A stretch of DNA of 52,470 nt from Bacteroidales bacterium. GTDB taxonomy: Bacteria > Bacteroidota > Bacteroidia > Bacteroidales > UBA7960. Position 1 is the stretch's first letter, and each line of letters starts with the position of its first letter. The notes beneath the pieces were generated by a model. It worked only from the letters and a program-made list of their open reading frames with translations. It made no database searches and was not told where the DNA came from. This document shows positions 30,876-40,954 of this stretch, in pieces. Where the stretch lies: the NCBI GenBank assembly GCA_003567625.1, contig PWZB01000181.1, positions 1 to 52,470 on the forward strand, in the 5' to 3' direction. Both the position numbers and the translations under genes were made by a program.

Positions 30876-30919
30876 AACCTCTTTAATAACTTGGTTTTCA
30901 AGTTATTCTTTTTGAGGTT
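30876..30919 (+). terminator. Hairpin downstream of Rgp-like paralog 1
   Basis: AATAACTTG/CAAGTTATT inner stem followed by CTTTTT, with outer AACCTC/GAGGTT. Confidence 0.55.
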
Positions 30920-31189
30920 GTTAAAGCAATATATAATAAGCTATCAGGTTTCTGATTTTTAAGCACTTATAAAATCAAAAATCGTTAATCGATATTCGTT
31001 AATCAAAAAAGTTTGGCATTAGCGTTATAAAAAAACTATTATCTTTGTATTACTAAAGTTCTTTAAAACGAGAATGTTTTAATCAACAACCCCGATATCC
31101 TTAAATCCACTTATTTTTAACCGTTTTTTATACGAAGTATTATTGCTATAGTTTTTTATTTAATTATCAATCAAAAAAGTAAAATTATT

Positions 31190-34141
31190 ATGAAACGAAC
31201 TGTTTATTTAATTGTTTTTTTATTTGCGGGTATGTTTTTTTCATCGAATGCACAAAGCAACTGGATGGGAATTAGCAGCTACGAGCCTGTGCCGGCAGAT
31301 GTAAAGCTTGTACAGAGCGACATCCGGCAAAGCCAGGTGCAATTCTCGCTGGACGGATACAAGGAAACACCTTTGGAAACACCACGCGGAACACAAATGG
31401 CAATCAGTGTCGGAGAAGGCGTACAAATAATGAAAAAAGGCAAGCCGGACATGGCAAAGCTCACATCAACCATTATCATTCCCGACATGGATGAAATGGA
31501 AATTAATGTAGTCAGCTATCAATACCAGGAATTTACCGGTGTGGAAGTAGCACCCTCGAAAGGGCATTTCGACAGGAGCATTAATCCCGACGACGTGCCG
31601 TTTACATACGGAGAAGTTTATGAAAAAGATGCTTTCTGGCCCGGAAAGCTCGCCCGGCTCGAAGACCCCTTTATCATGAGGGATTTCCGCGGGCAAACCG
31701 TTACCGTATTCCCGTTTCACTACAACCCGGTGAGCAAAACATTAAGGGTATATACCGACATAGAGATTGAAGTAACTTCCACAGGCAGAACAGGCGAAGA
31801 CCCCCTGACCAGAACAAGGGATGTGATAGTGGTAGAACCTGAATTCGGCAGAATCTATGAACGCTTCTTTTTGAACATGGAAGCAGCCGAAAGAAGCTAC
31901 CCGATGCTCGAAGGAGAAGAAGGCAGCCTGCTGATTATCTGCTATGACCCTTTTATGGATGCAATGAAGCCGTTCGTTGACTGGAAGCGGACTATCGGCA
32001 GGAAAACCGAGATAGTGCCAAAGTCGGAGGCAGGAAACACATGGCAACAAATAAAAAGCTACGTGGCAGATTATTACGACCAAAACGAAGACTTCGCCCA
32101 CCTGCTGCTTATCGGCGATGCGCAAGCTCAAATACCCGTAGCCATAGGGCATCAGGGCGGTCAATCCGACAATATGTACGGGTTCCTGGAAGGGCACAAC
32201 TCATTTAACGACATCTTTGTCGGGCGTTTCTCAGCCGAAACCGTCGCACATGTCGAAACACAAGTGCAACGCATGATAGAATATGAAAGAGACATTGACG
32301 AATCCGACGCATGGTTAAGCACCGGCTTGGGAATTGCACGCAATGAAGGTGGCGGTATGGGGCATCATGGAGAAGCAGACCATCAACACATGGACTTTAT
32401 CAGGGATACGTTGCTTAACTATACTTACGACGTGGTTCACCGTTGTTATGACGGACCCGGCTTCAGCACCTCTGCCGCTATAATTTCAGGGCATATCAAT
32501 GACGGTGTTAGTGCCATTAACTTCTGCAACCACGGTTATGTCACCGGGTGGAGCGTCGCCAACTACAATATCAATCATGTTAACGCTCTTACAAACGTTG
32601 GCAGGCTGCCATATATCACTTCGGTAGCTTGTGTAAACGGTGCTTTTGTGAATCAATTCTGTTTTGCTGAAGCATGGCTGCGTGCCACACACAACGGCGA
32701 ACCCACAGGTGCTATTGGCATGATGGCAGCTACTATCAACCAGCCATGGCAGCCCCCGATGTGCGGACAGGACGAAATGGTAAGCATCAAAACAGAGGAA
32801 AGCATTCCTCTTGGCCCCACAATCAAAAGAACATACGGCGGTGTTTCTGCCAACGGCAGTATGTTTATGATACCCCAATACGGTAGTACGGGTATAAATA
32901 CCCACGAAACATGGATACTCTTCGGCGACCCGTCACTGATGGTCAGAACCGACGTGCCCACACCTTTCGAACCCGAATACCCAAGTGAAATCTCGTTCGG
33001 AGATGAATCATTCACGGTTACATCGGTTGACGACGGCGCTACAGCAGCCCTCACATACATTGATGACTACGACGAAGTGATAATACTTGGCACGGCTATC
33101 GCACAAAACGGCACGGCAGAGATCGTCTTTGACGAACCCCTGGAACTGGAAGAAGGAACCGTTACACTCGCCATTACCGGATTTAATAAAGTAACTTACA
33201 TTAACGATGAAATTGAAATCATGGCAGGATTTACCGTTACCTTTGATATCGAAGATGAAGACGGCGATAAAATCACAGATGCCATAATTACTTTTGATGG
33301 CATCGAGTACGAGCCCGGAGAATACATACTTGAACAAGTAAAAGAAGGAACCTACGACTATATGGTTGAAAGAGACGGATTTTTCCCCGTTGAAGATAAA
33401 GTTACCGTACAAGACGATATGACGGTTGATGTTACTATGATCGGAGCATACGTTGCTGCTTTTGATATCGAAGATAAAGAGGGTGATAAAATCACAGATG
33501 CCATAATTACTTTCGATGGCGTTAAATACGAGCCAGGCGAATATGTGTTTGAAGACCTCGAAGCAGGAACGTATGAATATGAAGTTGAAAAAGACGGATT
33601 CTTCCCCACTGAAGACGAGATTAAAGTGGAAGAAGATGTTACGGTAAATGTAACACTGGATAAAGCACATACGGTTACTTTCGAAGTTACAGATATAAAA
33701 AATAATGAAATCACCGATGCTGTCATTACTTTTGATGGTGTTGAATACGACGAGGGGGAATACATTATTGAAAATATTGAAGAAGGAACATATGATTACA
33801 AAGTTAAAAGAGATGGATTCCTTCCAGTTGAAAACAACATTGATGTGGATCGTAATGTTTTCCTGAAGGTAATAATGGAAGGCGAAACTTATGTTGATAC
33901 ACCTGTTGAAGTTGAATTGAAGGTATTCCCCAACCCTGCACGCGACAAGTTTACAGTTGAATCAAGCGAAATGATCAAACAGGTCAGGCTGATTGATATC
34001 AGCGGACAAGTGGTTAAAGAAGTATTCGTTGATGCATTACGCTCCGAAATCAACGTAAGCAACCTGCATACAGGAGTCTATTTTATGCAAATTCAAACTG
34101 CCGAAAAAGTAATAACCAAACATGTTCAGGTAGCACGATAA
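31190..34141 (+). CDS. Arg-gingipain (Rgp)-like C25 cysteine peptidase, paralog 2, with three acidic repeats and T9SS CTD
   Basis: Same motifs as paralog 1 (NFCNHG, SVACVNG, FGDPSL) and colinear with it at DNA level. Confidence 0.9.
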   Translation: MKRTVYLIVFLFAGMFFSSNAQSNWMGISSYEPVPADVKLVQSDIRQSQVQFSLDGYKETPLETPRGTQMAISVGEGVQIMKKGKPDMAKLTSTIIIPDMDEMEINVVSYQYQEFTGVEVAPSKGHFDRSINPDDVPFTYGEVYEKDAFWPGKLARLEDPFIMRDFRGQTVTVFPFHYNPVSKTLRVYTDIEIEVTSTGRTGEDPLTRTRDVIVVEPEFGRIYERFFLNMEAAERSYPMLEGEEGSLLIICYDPFMDAMKPFVDWKRTIGRKTEIVPKSEAGNTWQQIKSYVADYYDQNEDFAHLLLIGDAQAQIPVAIGHQGGQSDNMYGFLEGHNSFNDIFVGRFSAETVAHVETQVQRMIEYERDIDESDAWLSTGLGIARNEGGGMGHHGEADHQHMDFIRDTLLNYTYDVVHRCYDGPGFSTSAAIISGHINDGVSAINFCNHGYVTGWSVANYNINHVNALTNVGRLPYITSVACVNGAFVNQFCFAEAWLRATHNGEPTGAIGMMAATINQPWQPPMCGQDEMVSIKTEESIPLGPTIKRTYGGVSANGSMFMIPQYGSTGINTHETWILFGDPSLMVRTDVPTPFEPEYPSEISFGDESFTVTSVDDGATAALTYIDDYDEVIILGTAIAQNGTAEIVFDEPLELEEGTVTLAITGFNKVTYINDEIEIMAGFTVTFDIEDEDGDKITDAIITFDGIEYEPGEYILEQVKEGTYDYMVERDGFFPVEDKVTVQDDMTVDVTMIGAYVAAFDIEDKEGDKITDAIITFDGVKYEPGEYVFEDLEAGTYEYEVEKDGFFPTEDEIKVEEDVTVNVTLDKAHTVTFEVTDIKNNEITDAVITFDGVEYDEGEYIIENIEEGTYDYKVKRDGFLPVENNIDVDRNVFLKVIMEGETYVDTPVEVELKVFPNPARDKFTVESSEMIKQVRLIDISGQVVKEVFVDALRSEINVSNLHTGVYFMQIQTAEKVITKHVQVAR

Positions 34142-34177
34142 GCAAGACTGAAACCTTAATAAGGTTTACTTTTAATT

Positions 34178-34214
34178 AAAAAAAGGGAAGGACAAGACAG
34201 CCTTCCCTTTTTTT
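34178..34214. terminator. Bidirectional intrinsic terminator between the protease array and recG
   Basis: AAAAAAAGGGAAGG-loop-CCTTCCCTTTTTTT between convergent genes. Confidence 0.88.
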
Positions 34215-34245
34215 ATACAAATAAAACAACACATAAAATATAGTT

Positions 34246-36354
34246 TCAGCTGATCTTACCCCACGATTTTTTGGTCAGATAAAGCTCTTCATATCGTTTT
34301 CGCAGCGGATAATTTCCCGGTTTTTCAAGCATCGGGTCTTCCTCTGTTATTTTAACGGCATAATTTCTGGCAGTTTTAAGTATTTTTTCATCTTTAATAA
34401 TATCGGCAATTTTCATTTCCAGTATTCCGCTTTGTTTTGTTCCTTCTATATCGCCCGGTCCGCGCAGCTTAAGGTCTGTTTCGGCAATTTTAAACCCGTC
34501 GTTAGTTTCAACCATTATTTTTATGCGTTCTTTTGCCTCATTGGTCAGCTTATTGCCGGTCATCAGGATACAGTATGATTGTTCTGCTCCGCGCCCTACG
34601 CGTCCTCTCAGCTGGTGCAACTGGGAAAGACCGAAACGTTCGCTGTTTTCAATAACCATGACCGTAGCATTCTGAATATCAACACCAACTTCTATTACCG
34701 TTGTTGATACCATGATCTGTGTCTCGCCACGGGCAAAACGTTCCATTTCATAATTTTTGTCAGCAGATTTCATTTTACCATGAACAATGCTTACCCCGTA
34801 CTGAGGAAGAGGAAAAGCCCTGGCTATGCTTTCATAACCATCTTTAAGGTCTTTCAGGTCAAGCTTTTCCGACTCCTCTATTAAAGGATAAACAACATAT
34901 ATCTGCCTGCCTTTTTTGATCTGATCGCGCATAAAGCCGAACACCTTCAAGCGGTTACCATCATATTGATGGATTGTTTTTACTGCTTTTCTGCCCGGAG
35001 GTAACTGATCAATCACCGATACATCCAAATCACCATAAACGGTCATTGCAAGTGTGCGGGGAATGGGAGTAGCCGTCATTACCAATACATGAGGAGAAAT
35101 AATATTATTTTTATACCATAACTTCGCACGCTGGGCAACACCAAAACGGTGCTGCTCATCAATAACCACAAAACCAAGATTCCTGAATTTTACCACCTCT
35201 TCAATTAATGCATGGGTGCCGATCAAAAAATGTAAATCGCCGTTTATTAAATCTCTCAAAATATTTTTCCTTTCCCCGGCTTTTGTCGAACCCGTTAATA
35301 AGCCAACCTTAACACCTGTTTTTCCAAGCGATTTTAAGATAACTGAATAATGTTGCTGCGACAAGATCTCCGTTGGCGCCATTAAACAAGCCTGGTAACC
35401 ATTGTCTATTGCCAGCAATATCGACATAAGCGCAACAACAGTTTTGCCGCTCCCTACATCACCCTGCAACAAACGATTCATTTGCCTGCCCGATTTAACA
35501 TCGTAGCGTATCTCCCTGGTAACTCTCTTTTGAGCATCCGTAAGCTCAAAATCAAGAATATCATTATAATAGCGATTGAAAAATGACCCGACCTGCCCGA
35601 AAATAACTCCACGTGCCTTTTCTGTCCGCAGTTTTTTCAATCTTAACAAATTCAACTGTACAAAAAACAGCTCTTCAAACTTCAGCCTTGTGCTGGCACG
35701 ATCAAGCAAATTATTATCATGTGGAAAATGGATATTAATCAGAGCATCATGCCGGTTCAAAAGTCTTAAACTTTCTGTAATCCCCAAAGGAAGGGTTTCC
35801 TCAATTTTCAGCCTCCGATCATCAATTAAAGTTTTTATCAATTTGTTGATCCCCTTGCTGCCAAGCCCTTTATTTTTCAGCTTTTCTGTTGAGCTATACA
35901 CAGGCCTCATTCCCGGGCTTTGACTAATATGCCCCTCAACAACAGTTTCCACTTCCGGATGAGCTATATTTATTTTATTTCCATACCAGGCAGGCTTACC
36001 AAAAATAATATATTCAACACCGGGCTTAAAAGCATTTTTCAACCACCTGAACCCTCTGAACCAAACCAGCTCCAAACTGCCCGTCCCGTCGGAAAAAACA
36101 GCAGTCATGCGGGTAATACGTCTTTTGCCATGAAATTGTATATTGGATATATAACCCTTTAACTGAACATATGCCTCTGCAGAAACTATTTCACTAACCT
36201 TATAAAAACGGCTCCTGTCAACATAACGATAAGGGTATAACGAAAGAAGATCTTCAAGCGTATTGATGCATAACTCATCCCTTAAAAGCTTCCCGCGTTC
36301 CGGGCCAACCCCCTTCAGGTATTCAATGGATGTTTTTAAAAAATTGTTTGTCAT
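34246..36354 (-). CDS. recG: ATP-dependent DNA helicase RecG
   Basis: RLLQGDVGSGKT, IDEQHRFG, MTATPIPRT, QLHQLRGRVGRG and DLKLRGPG. Confidence 0.97.
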   Translation of the reverse strand: MTNNFLKTSIEYLKGVGPERGKLLRDELCINTLEDLLSLYPYRYVDRSRFYKVSEIVSAEAYVQLKGYISNIQFHGKRRITRMTAVFSDGTGSLELVWFRGFRWLKNAFKPGVEYIIFGKPAWYGNKINIAHPEVETVVEGHISQSPGMRPVYSSTEKLKNKGLGSKGINKLIKTLIDDRRLKIEETLPLGITESLRLLNRHDALINIHFPHDNNLLDRASTRLKFEELFFVQLNLLRLKKLRTEKARGVIFGQVGSFFNRYYNDILDFELTDAQKRVTREIRYDVKSGRQMNRLLQGDVGSGKTVVALMSILLAIDNGYQACLMAPTEILSQQHYSVILKSLGKTGVKVGLLTGSTKAGERKNILRDLINGDLHFLIGTHALIEEVVKFRNLGFVVIDEQHRFGVAQRAKLWYKNNIISPHVLVMTATPIPRTLAMTVYGDLDVSVIDQLPPGRKAVKTIHQYDGNRLKVFGFMRDQIKKGRQIYVVYPLIEESEKLDLKDLKDGYESIARAFPLPQYGVSIVHGKMKSADKNYEMERFARGETQIMVSTTVIEVGVDIQNATVMVIENSERFGLSQLHQLRGRVGRGAEQSYCILMTGNKLTNEAKERIKIMVETNDGFKIAETDLKLRGPGDIEGTKQSGILEMKIADIIKDEKILKTARNYAVKITEEDPMLEKPGNYPLRKRYEELYLTKKSWGKIS

Positions 36355-36423
36355 TTCCCCGTAATAGCATTTATAATAATTTTCCCGGAGAAAATGAAAT
36401 TAATAAAAAAAATATAAACTATT

Positions 36424-36999
36424 CTATTGTTCGTTTATTTTTTTTGCATTTATCTCGGCCTTAAGAATGAAAAATTCATTTTTTTCGTCTAACGGCAAAA
36501 ACTGGTAAATAAGCTTGTTCCTTGTTCGTTTGGCAACTTCAATAAGTCCTAAACCGGCACCACCCTTTTCCGAAACACAACCCTCGGTGATCTGCTGTTT
36601 ATACATCATCTTCAACTCATCACGGTTGGCTTTATTTACCTGCTTTATAGTTTCTTCCAGGTATTTCTTCTTCTGAGCCGTAACCTTATTGGCAGTTATT
36701 ACATAATAAATGTCGTTTCTTTTCCCAATCAAAAAAAGACCTTTCCCTATGTGAAATTTATCAATTATTTCATCCGAATGTTTCGTTATATTCTGCAATG
36801 TCTCGACCATTACCGAATATACCTTGCGGATTGTTGACCTCTCTTCATCCTTTCTGCCCATATCTTCCTCGGCCATACGGGCAAACATCTTTGTGATCTG
36901 GTGATGAAAACCCCCTAAATATACAATAGATATACCATTTTCAGCCATTTCATCGTATATATTCAACACCGATTTAATAAATCCAACTGTGAGTTTCAT
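36424..36999 (-). CDS. SiaB-family protein kinase (GHKL-like)
   Basis: VMVETLQNITKH (N-box) and KGGAGLGLIEVA (G-box) in a 191-aa stand-alone protein. Confidence 0.75.
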   Translation of the reverse strand: MKLTVGFIKSVLNIYDEMAENGISIVYLGGFHHQITKMFARMAEEDMGRKDEERSTIRKVYSVMVETLQNITKHSDEIIDKFHIGKGLFLIGKRNDIYYVITANKVTAQKKKYLEETIKQVNKANRDELKMMYKQQITEGCVSEKGGAGLGLIEVAKRTRNKLIYQFLPLDEKNEFFILKAEINAKKINEQ

Positions 37000-37549
37000 G
37001 TATTTGTGGTTTTAATTTAGGATAATAATATCATAACTTTTTAATATAGGAAATAAAAGTAAAAACAGTAAAAATATTTTACGTTTATTGTACGCTAAAG
37101 TAACAAAAAAATAATACTGATTAATCAGTGTTTTACACATTGTTTTCATATTTAAAAAATTATCACAACCGAAAAATTAATCATTAAGTCTAAAAAGCTG
37201 GTTAACTGCAAATTATGTCTTTTGTTCGTGTTAAATATTTTTTTTAACATTATTATGGCAGTATTAACCCGAATTATTTGTAAAAAAACACTAAAACCAA
37301 AAACTGACAACAATAACCAGATTAACGTTGCAATTTTATAAATAAATCAGATCAATAAAATTATTTATTTAATACCTTTTTTATCCGATTACCGTTTTTG
37401 GTATATATTTTGAAAATAATAACGCAATTCAAAGCAAAAAATATCTTTTGCATAAATTAACACAATGATATTAAAATTAGCTTTTTTCTTGTTTAACTTT
37501 GCGATGCTTCAAGTTGTTTCAGGTTTTTTGTTCAAATTGATCAAACAAA

Positions 37550-39892
37550 ATGTTCAGGATAAAAATATTCATTTCTTACATATTACTTGTTTTTACAACC
37601 ACTGTCGTTTCGGCGGAATCATATCAAAGGCACACCCTGAGGGGTTACATTCGTGATTCTTCGAGCGGCGAGGATCTTTCCGGTGCGACGGTTCGCATAA
37701 GGGAGTTATCAACCGGAACCACCACAAACCGTTATGGATTCTACAGCATCAGCCTTCCGGAAGGATCATATCAGTTGAAAATATCATACATAGGGTACAA
37801 TACAAAATATTATGACGTTGAATTGGATTCAAACAAAACAATTGATTTTGAATTAAAGCCTGAAGAAACGCTGCTTGATGAGGTTGTCATTACCGATGAA
37901 AAAGCTGATCGCTGGATATCGGAAGTACGTATGAGCACTACACAACTACAGATGGATATGATCAAATCACTTCCTTCATTTATGGGTGAGGTGGATATAC
38001 TCAAAACATTGCTTTTGCTGCCCGGTGTGTCGTGGGGAACCGAAGGCAGTACAGGTTTTTTTGTCAGGGGCGGTGGCCAGGACCAAAATATGGTATTGCT
38101 TGATGAAGCTACCGTATATAATGCTTCGCATTTGATGGGCTTTTTCTCGGTTTTCAATCCCGACGCCATTAAAGACCTTCAGCTTTATAAAGGTGGTATT
38201 CCCGCCCAATATGGCGGCAGGCTATCATCCGTACTCGATATACGCATGAAAGAAGGAAACAACAGGGATTTCAGCGGATCAGGCGGCATAGGCAGCATTT
38301 CAAGCCGCCTTACAGTTGAAGGCCCCCTGCAAAAAAATGTAAGCAGCTTTATTGTATCAGGAAGACGTACCTACGCCGATTTGTTCCTGCCTCTTTCAGC
38401 AGATACCAACATAAGAAAAAACCGGCTCTATTTTTATGACCTTAATGCCAAAGCCAACTACCGCTTTAGCGATAAAGACAGGATATTTGTCTCCGGTTAT
38501 TTTGGCAGAGATGTGTTCAGATTTGATGATATCTTTGGTTTTGAATGGGGCAATACCACAACTACAATGCGCTGGAACCATATATTTAACAGTAATATAT
38601 TCTCAAATTTCACACTTGTTTACAGCAATTACGACTACAATATGTCATTTGCCGATGATCTGCAATCTTTAGACTGGATTTCAAATATTCAGGATATTAA
38701 TTTTAAAGGCGATTTTACCTGGTATCCCAATCCTGAAAATACTATCAGATTTGGCCTGCACTCATCTTACCATTCAATTGATCCCGGACATGTCAAAGGC
38801 AATTTTGATAATTCAACGCAAACAGATTATAAAGTTCCCGACAACAACGTTTTACAACACGCATTATATGCGTCAAACGAACAACAGCTGTCAAAAAACA
38901 TTACAGTTGAATATGGATTACGTTATTCACTGTTTCAAAACATCGGTAAAGGAACCGTTTATTCATTAGATGACGAATACCGGGTAATTGACACAACCAC
39001 ATATGCTGCCGGTGAAATATTTCATAATAACCACGGCCTTGAGCCCCGGATAAGTGTCGTTTACCAGGTTGACTCACGGCAAAGCTTTAAAGCCAGCTAT
39101 AATCGCATGCGACAGTATCTGCACCAGGCAACCAATTCAACAACAGCAACCCCGCTGGATATATGGTTTCCCACAAGCCCAAATATTGAACCGCAAATTG
39201 CCGACCAGGTAGCTGTAGGATACTTCAGAAACTTCATGGATAACATGTTCGAAAGTTCCCTGGAAGTGTACTACAAGAATATGGAAAACCAGATAGATTT
39301 CCGCGATCACGCGGTATTAATTTTAAACCCAAGGCTTGAAAGCGAAATAAGGACAGGAAAAGCATGGTCGTATGGTTTGGAGCTCATGATAAACAAATCC
39401 AAAGGTGATTTTACGGGATGGCTAAGCTATACATGGTCAAAAACCAGGCGGAAAATACCTGCCATAAATAACGGAAAACCCTACCCCGCTCCACATGACC
39501 GCCCGCACGATATTTCAATTGTTTTATCTTACGACATTAGCGACCGCCTGAACATAGCAGCCAACTGGGTATATAACACCGGCAGGCCCGTTACCCTGCC
39601 AACAGGCAGATTTGAATACGGCGGAATGATATTACCAGTATATTCCGATAGAAACGCAGAAAGATTGCCCGATTACCACAGACTTGACCTCTCGGCAACA
39701 ATTTATACAAGAACCAGGCCCGACAGAAACTGGCAGGGAAAATGGAATATCTCGGTTTATAATGCATATCACAGGAAAAATGTCTTTTCATACTATTTCA
39801 GACAACACGATGATAACCCCTATGAAACACAGGCATATAAAATATACATGTTCGGTATTGTCCCGGCAATTTCTTATAGTTTTTCATTTTGA
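37550..39892 (+). CDS. TonB-dependent receptor with N-terminal carboxypeptidase-regulatory-like domain
   Basis: GTTTNRYGFYSI, GEVDILK, LPGV, VRGG..DQN, YKGGIPAQYGGRLSS, YHRLD and C-terminal Phe. Confidence 0.9.
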   Translation: MFRIKIFISYILLVFTTTVVSAESYQRHTLRGYIRDSSSGEDLSGATVRIRELSTGTTTNRYGFYSISLPEGSYQLKISYIGYNTKYYDVELDSNKTIDFELKPEETLLDEVVITDEKADRWISEVRMSTTQLQMDMIKSLPSFMGEVDILKTLLLLPGVSWGTEGSTGFFVRGGGQDQNMVLLDEATVYNASHLMGFFSVFNPDAIKDLQLYKGGIPAQYGGRLSSVLDIRMKEGNNRDFSGSGGIGSISSRLTVEGPLQKNVSSFIVSGRRTYADLFLPLSADTNIRKNRLYFYDLNAKANYRFSDKDRIFVSGYFGRDVFRFDDIFGFEWGNTTTTMRWNHIFNSNIFSNFTLVYSNYDYNMSFADDLQSLDWISNIQDINFKGDFTWYPNPENTIRFGLHSSYHSIDPGHVKGNFDNSTQTDYKVPDNNVLQHALYASNEQQLSKNITVEYGLRYSLFQNIGKGTVYSLDDEYRVIDTTTYAAGEIFHNNHGLEPRISVVYQVDSRQSFKASYNRMRQYLHQATNSTTATPLDIWFPTSPNIEPQIADQVAVGYFRNFMDNMFESSLEVYYKNMENQIDFRDHAVLILNPRLESEIRTGKAWSYGLELMINKSKGDFTGWLSYTWSKTRRKIPAINNGKPYPAPHDRPHDISIVLSYDISDRLNIAANWVYNTGRPVTLPTGRFEYGGMILPVYSDRNAERLPDYHRLDLSATIYTRTRPDRNWQGKWNISVYNAYHRKNVFSYYFRQHDDNPYETQAYKIYMFGIVPAISYSFSF

Positions 39893-39939
39893 AAAAAACA
39901 TAACAATTTATTAAACCAAATGAATAAAAAAACAAACAG

Positions 39940-40755
39940 ATGAACAAAATATATTTATCATTGATTTTAATCCTATTCGTCAGCCTTTCATCATGCGTCG
40001 AAGAGATTGACCTTATTCTTGACGGAGATGATCGAAAACAACTGGTCGTTGACGGGATGATAACAACCGACACTACATCACACATTGTAGATCTTTCCAA
40101 AACAGCCCCCTACTTTTCAAAAGAACAAACAGAAAGGGTTTCAGGAGCTGAAGTAACAATAAGTGATGATCTCGGAAATGTTTTTTACCTATATGAAACC
40201 GAACCCGGTATTTATAAAACCGACACAAATGTTTATGGCTTGGCAGGACGAACATATACTCTTAATATAAATTACGACGGCGAATCATATTATTCCGAAT
40301 CAACCATGAAGCGGGTTATGGAAGCCGATTCGCTGAGCTATAAATGGGACGAGGTGCGCGAACAATATATCATCTTGTTTTACGGACAAGAACCAAAAGG
40401 CAAAGGCGACATTTATATGTGGCATCTCTATAGAAACGGGAAGTTGATAACCGATACTATCAATAAAGTATTGTTTACCGATGATGAGTTTTTTGACGGC
40501 ACCTATATAGAAGGGTGGGAAATAAACCACTGTAGCCACGATTACAATATTCAAAAATATGATACTGTTACGGTTGATACACATTCAATTACAGAAGATG
40601 CCTTGTTGTTCTTCACAGGGCTGCTTTCCGAATCCGGCTATAGCAGTAACCCGTTCAGCCCCCCGCCGGCAAATATTCACAGCAATATTTCAAATGATGC
40701 ATTAGGCCTGTTCCTTGCATCGGCAATCAACAGGAAAACAATAATTATCGAATGA
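39940..40755 (+). CDS. DUF4249-like lipoprotein partner of the TonB-dependent receptor
   Basis: Lipobox LSSC, LVVDG.IT, SGAEV.I and C-terminal SNISN.ALG.F; usual position behind this receptor type. Confidence 0.75.
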   Translation: MNKIYLSLILILFVSLSSCVEEIDLILDGDDRKQLVVDGMITTDTTSHIVDLSKTAPYFSKEQTERVSGAEVTISDDLGNVFYLYETEPGIYKTDTNVYGLAGRTYTLNINYDGESYYSESTMKRVMEADSLSYKWDEVREQYIILFYGQEPKGKGDIYMWHLYRNGKLITDTINKVLFTDDEFFDGTYIEGWEINHCSHDYNIQKYDTVTVDTHSITEDALLFFTGLLSESGYSSNPFSPPPANIHSNISNDALGLFLASAINRKTIIIE

Positions 40756-40954
40756 GTACGGGGTAAAATAACAGGGTCAACAATTTAAAATTTTTTTATT
40801 TTCTTATGGTCTTGGCCTGATGAATAAAAATTGCATTTTATAAGCTTCAAAAAAGTGCAAAAGTCAGGAAAAAATATCATTTGTTTCTTATTTATTAAGG
40901 ACTTTGATAACGAAAATGATTATTTTTGAAGCAAACTATTATCAATCTATTATA

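Noticed and set aside
33008-33765. Long antisense ORFs (220 aa and 135 aa; similar ones at 42893-43450 and elsewhere)
   Set aside because: They are shadows of repetitive, codon-biased sense genes and have no protein-like features.
22463-34141. Diversity-generating retroelement or shufflon acting on the repeated protease tails
   Set aside because: No reverse transcriptase or recombinase in the window, differences are not visibly adenine-restricted, and all copies are in direct orientation.
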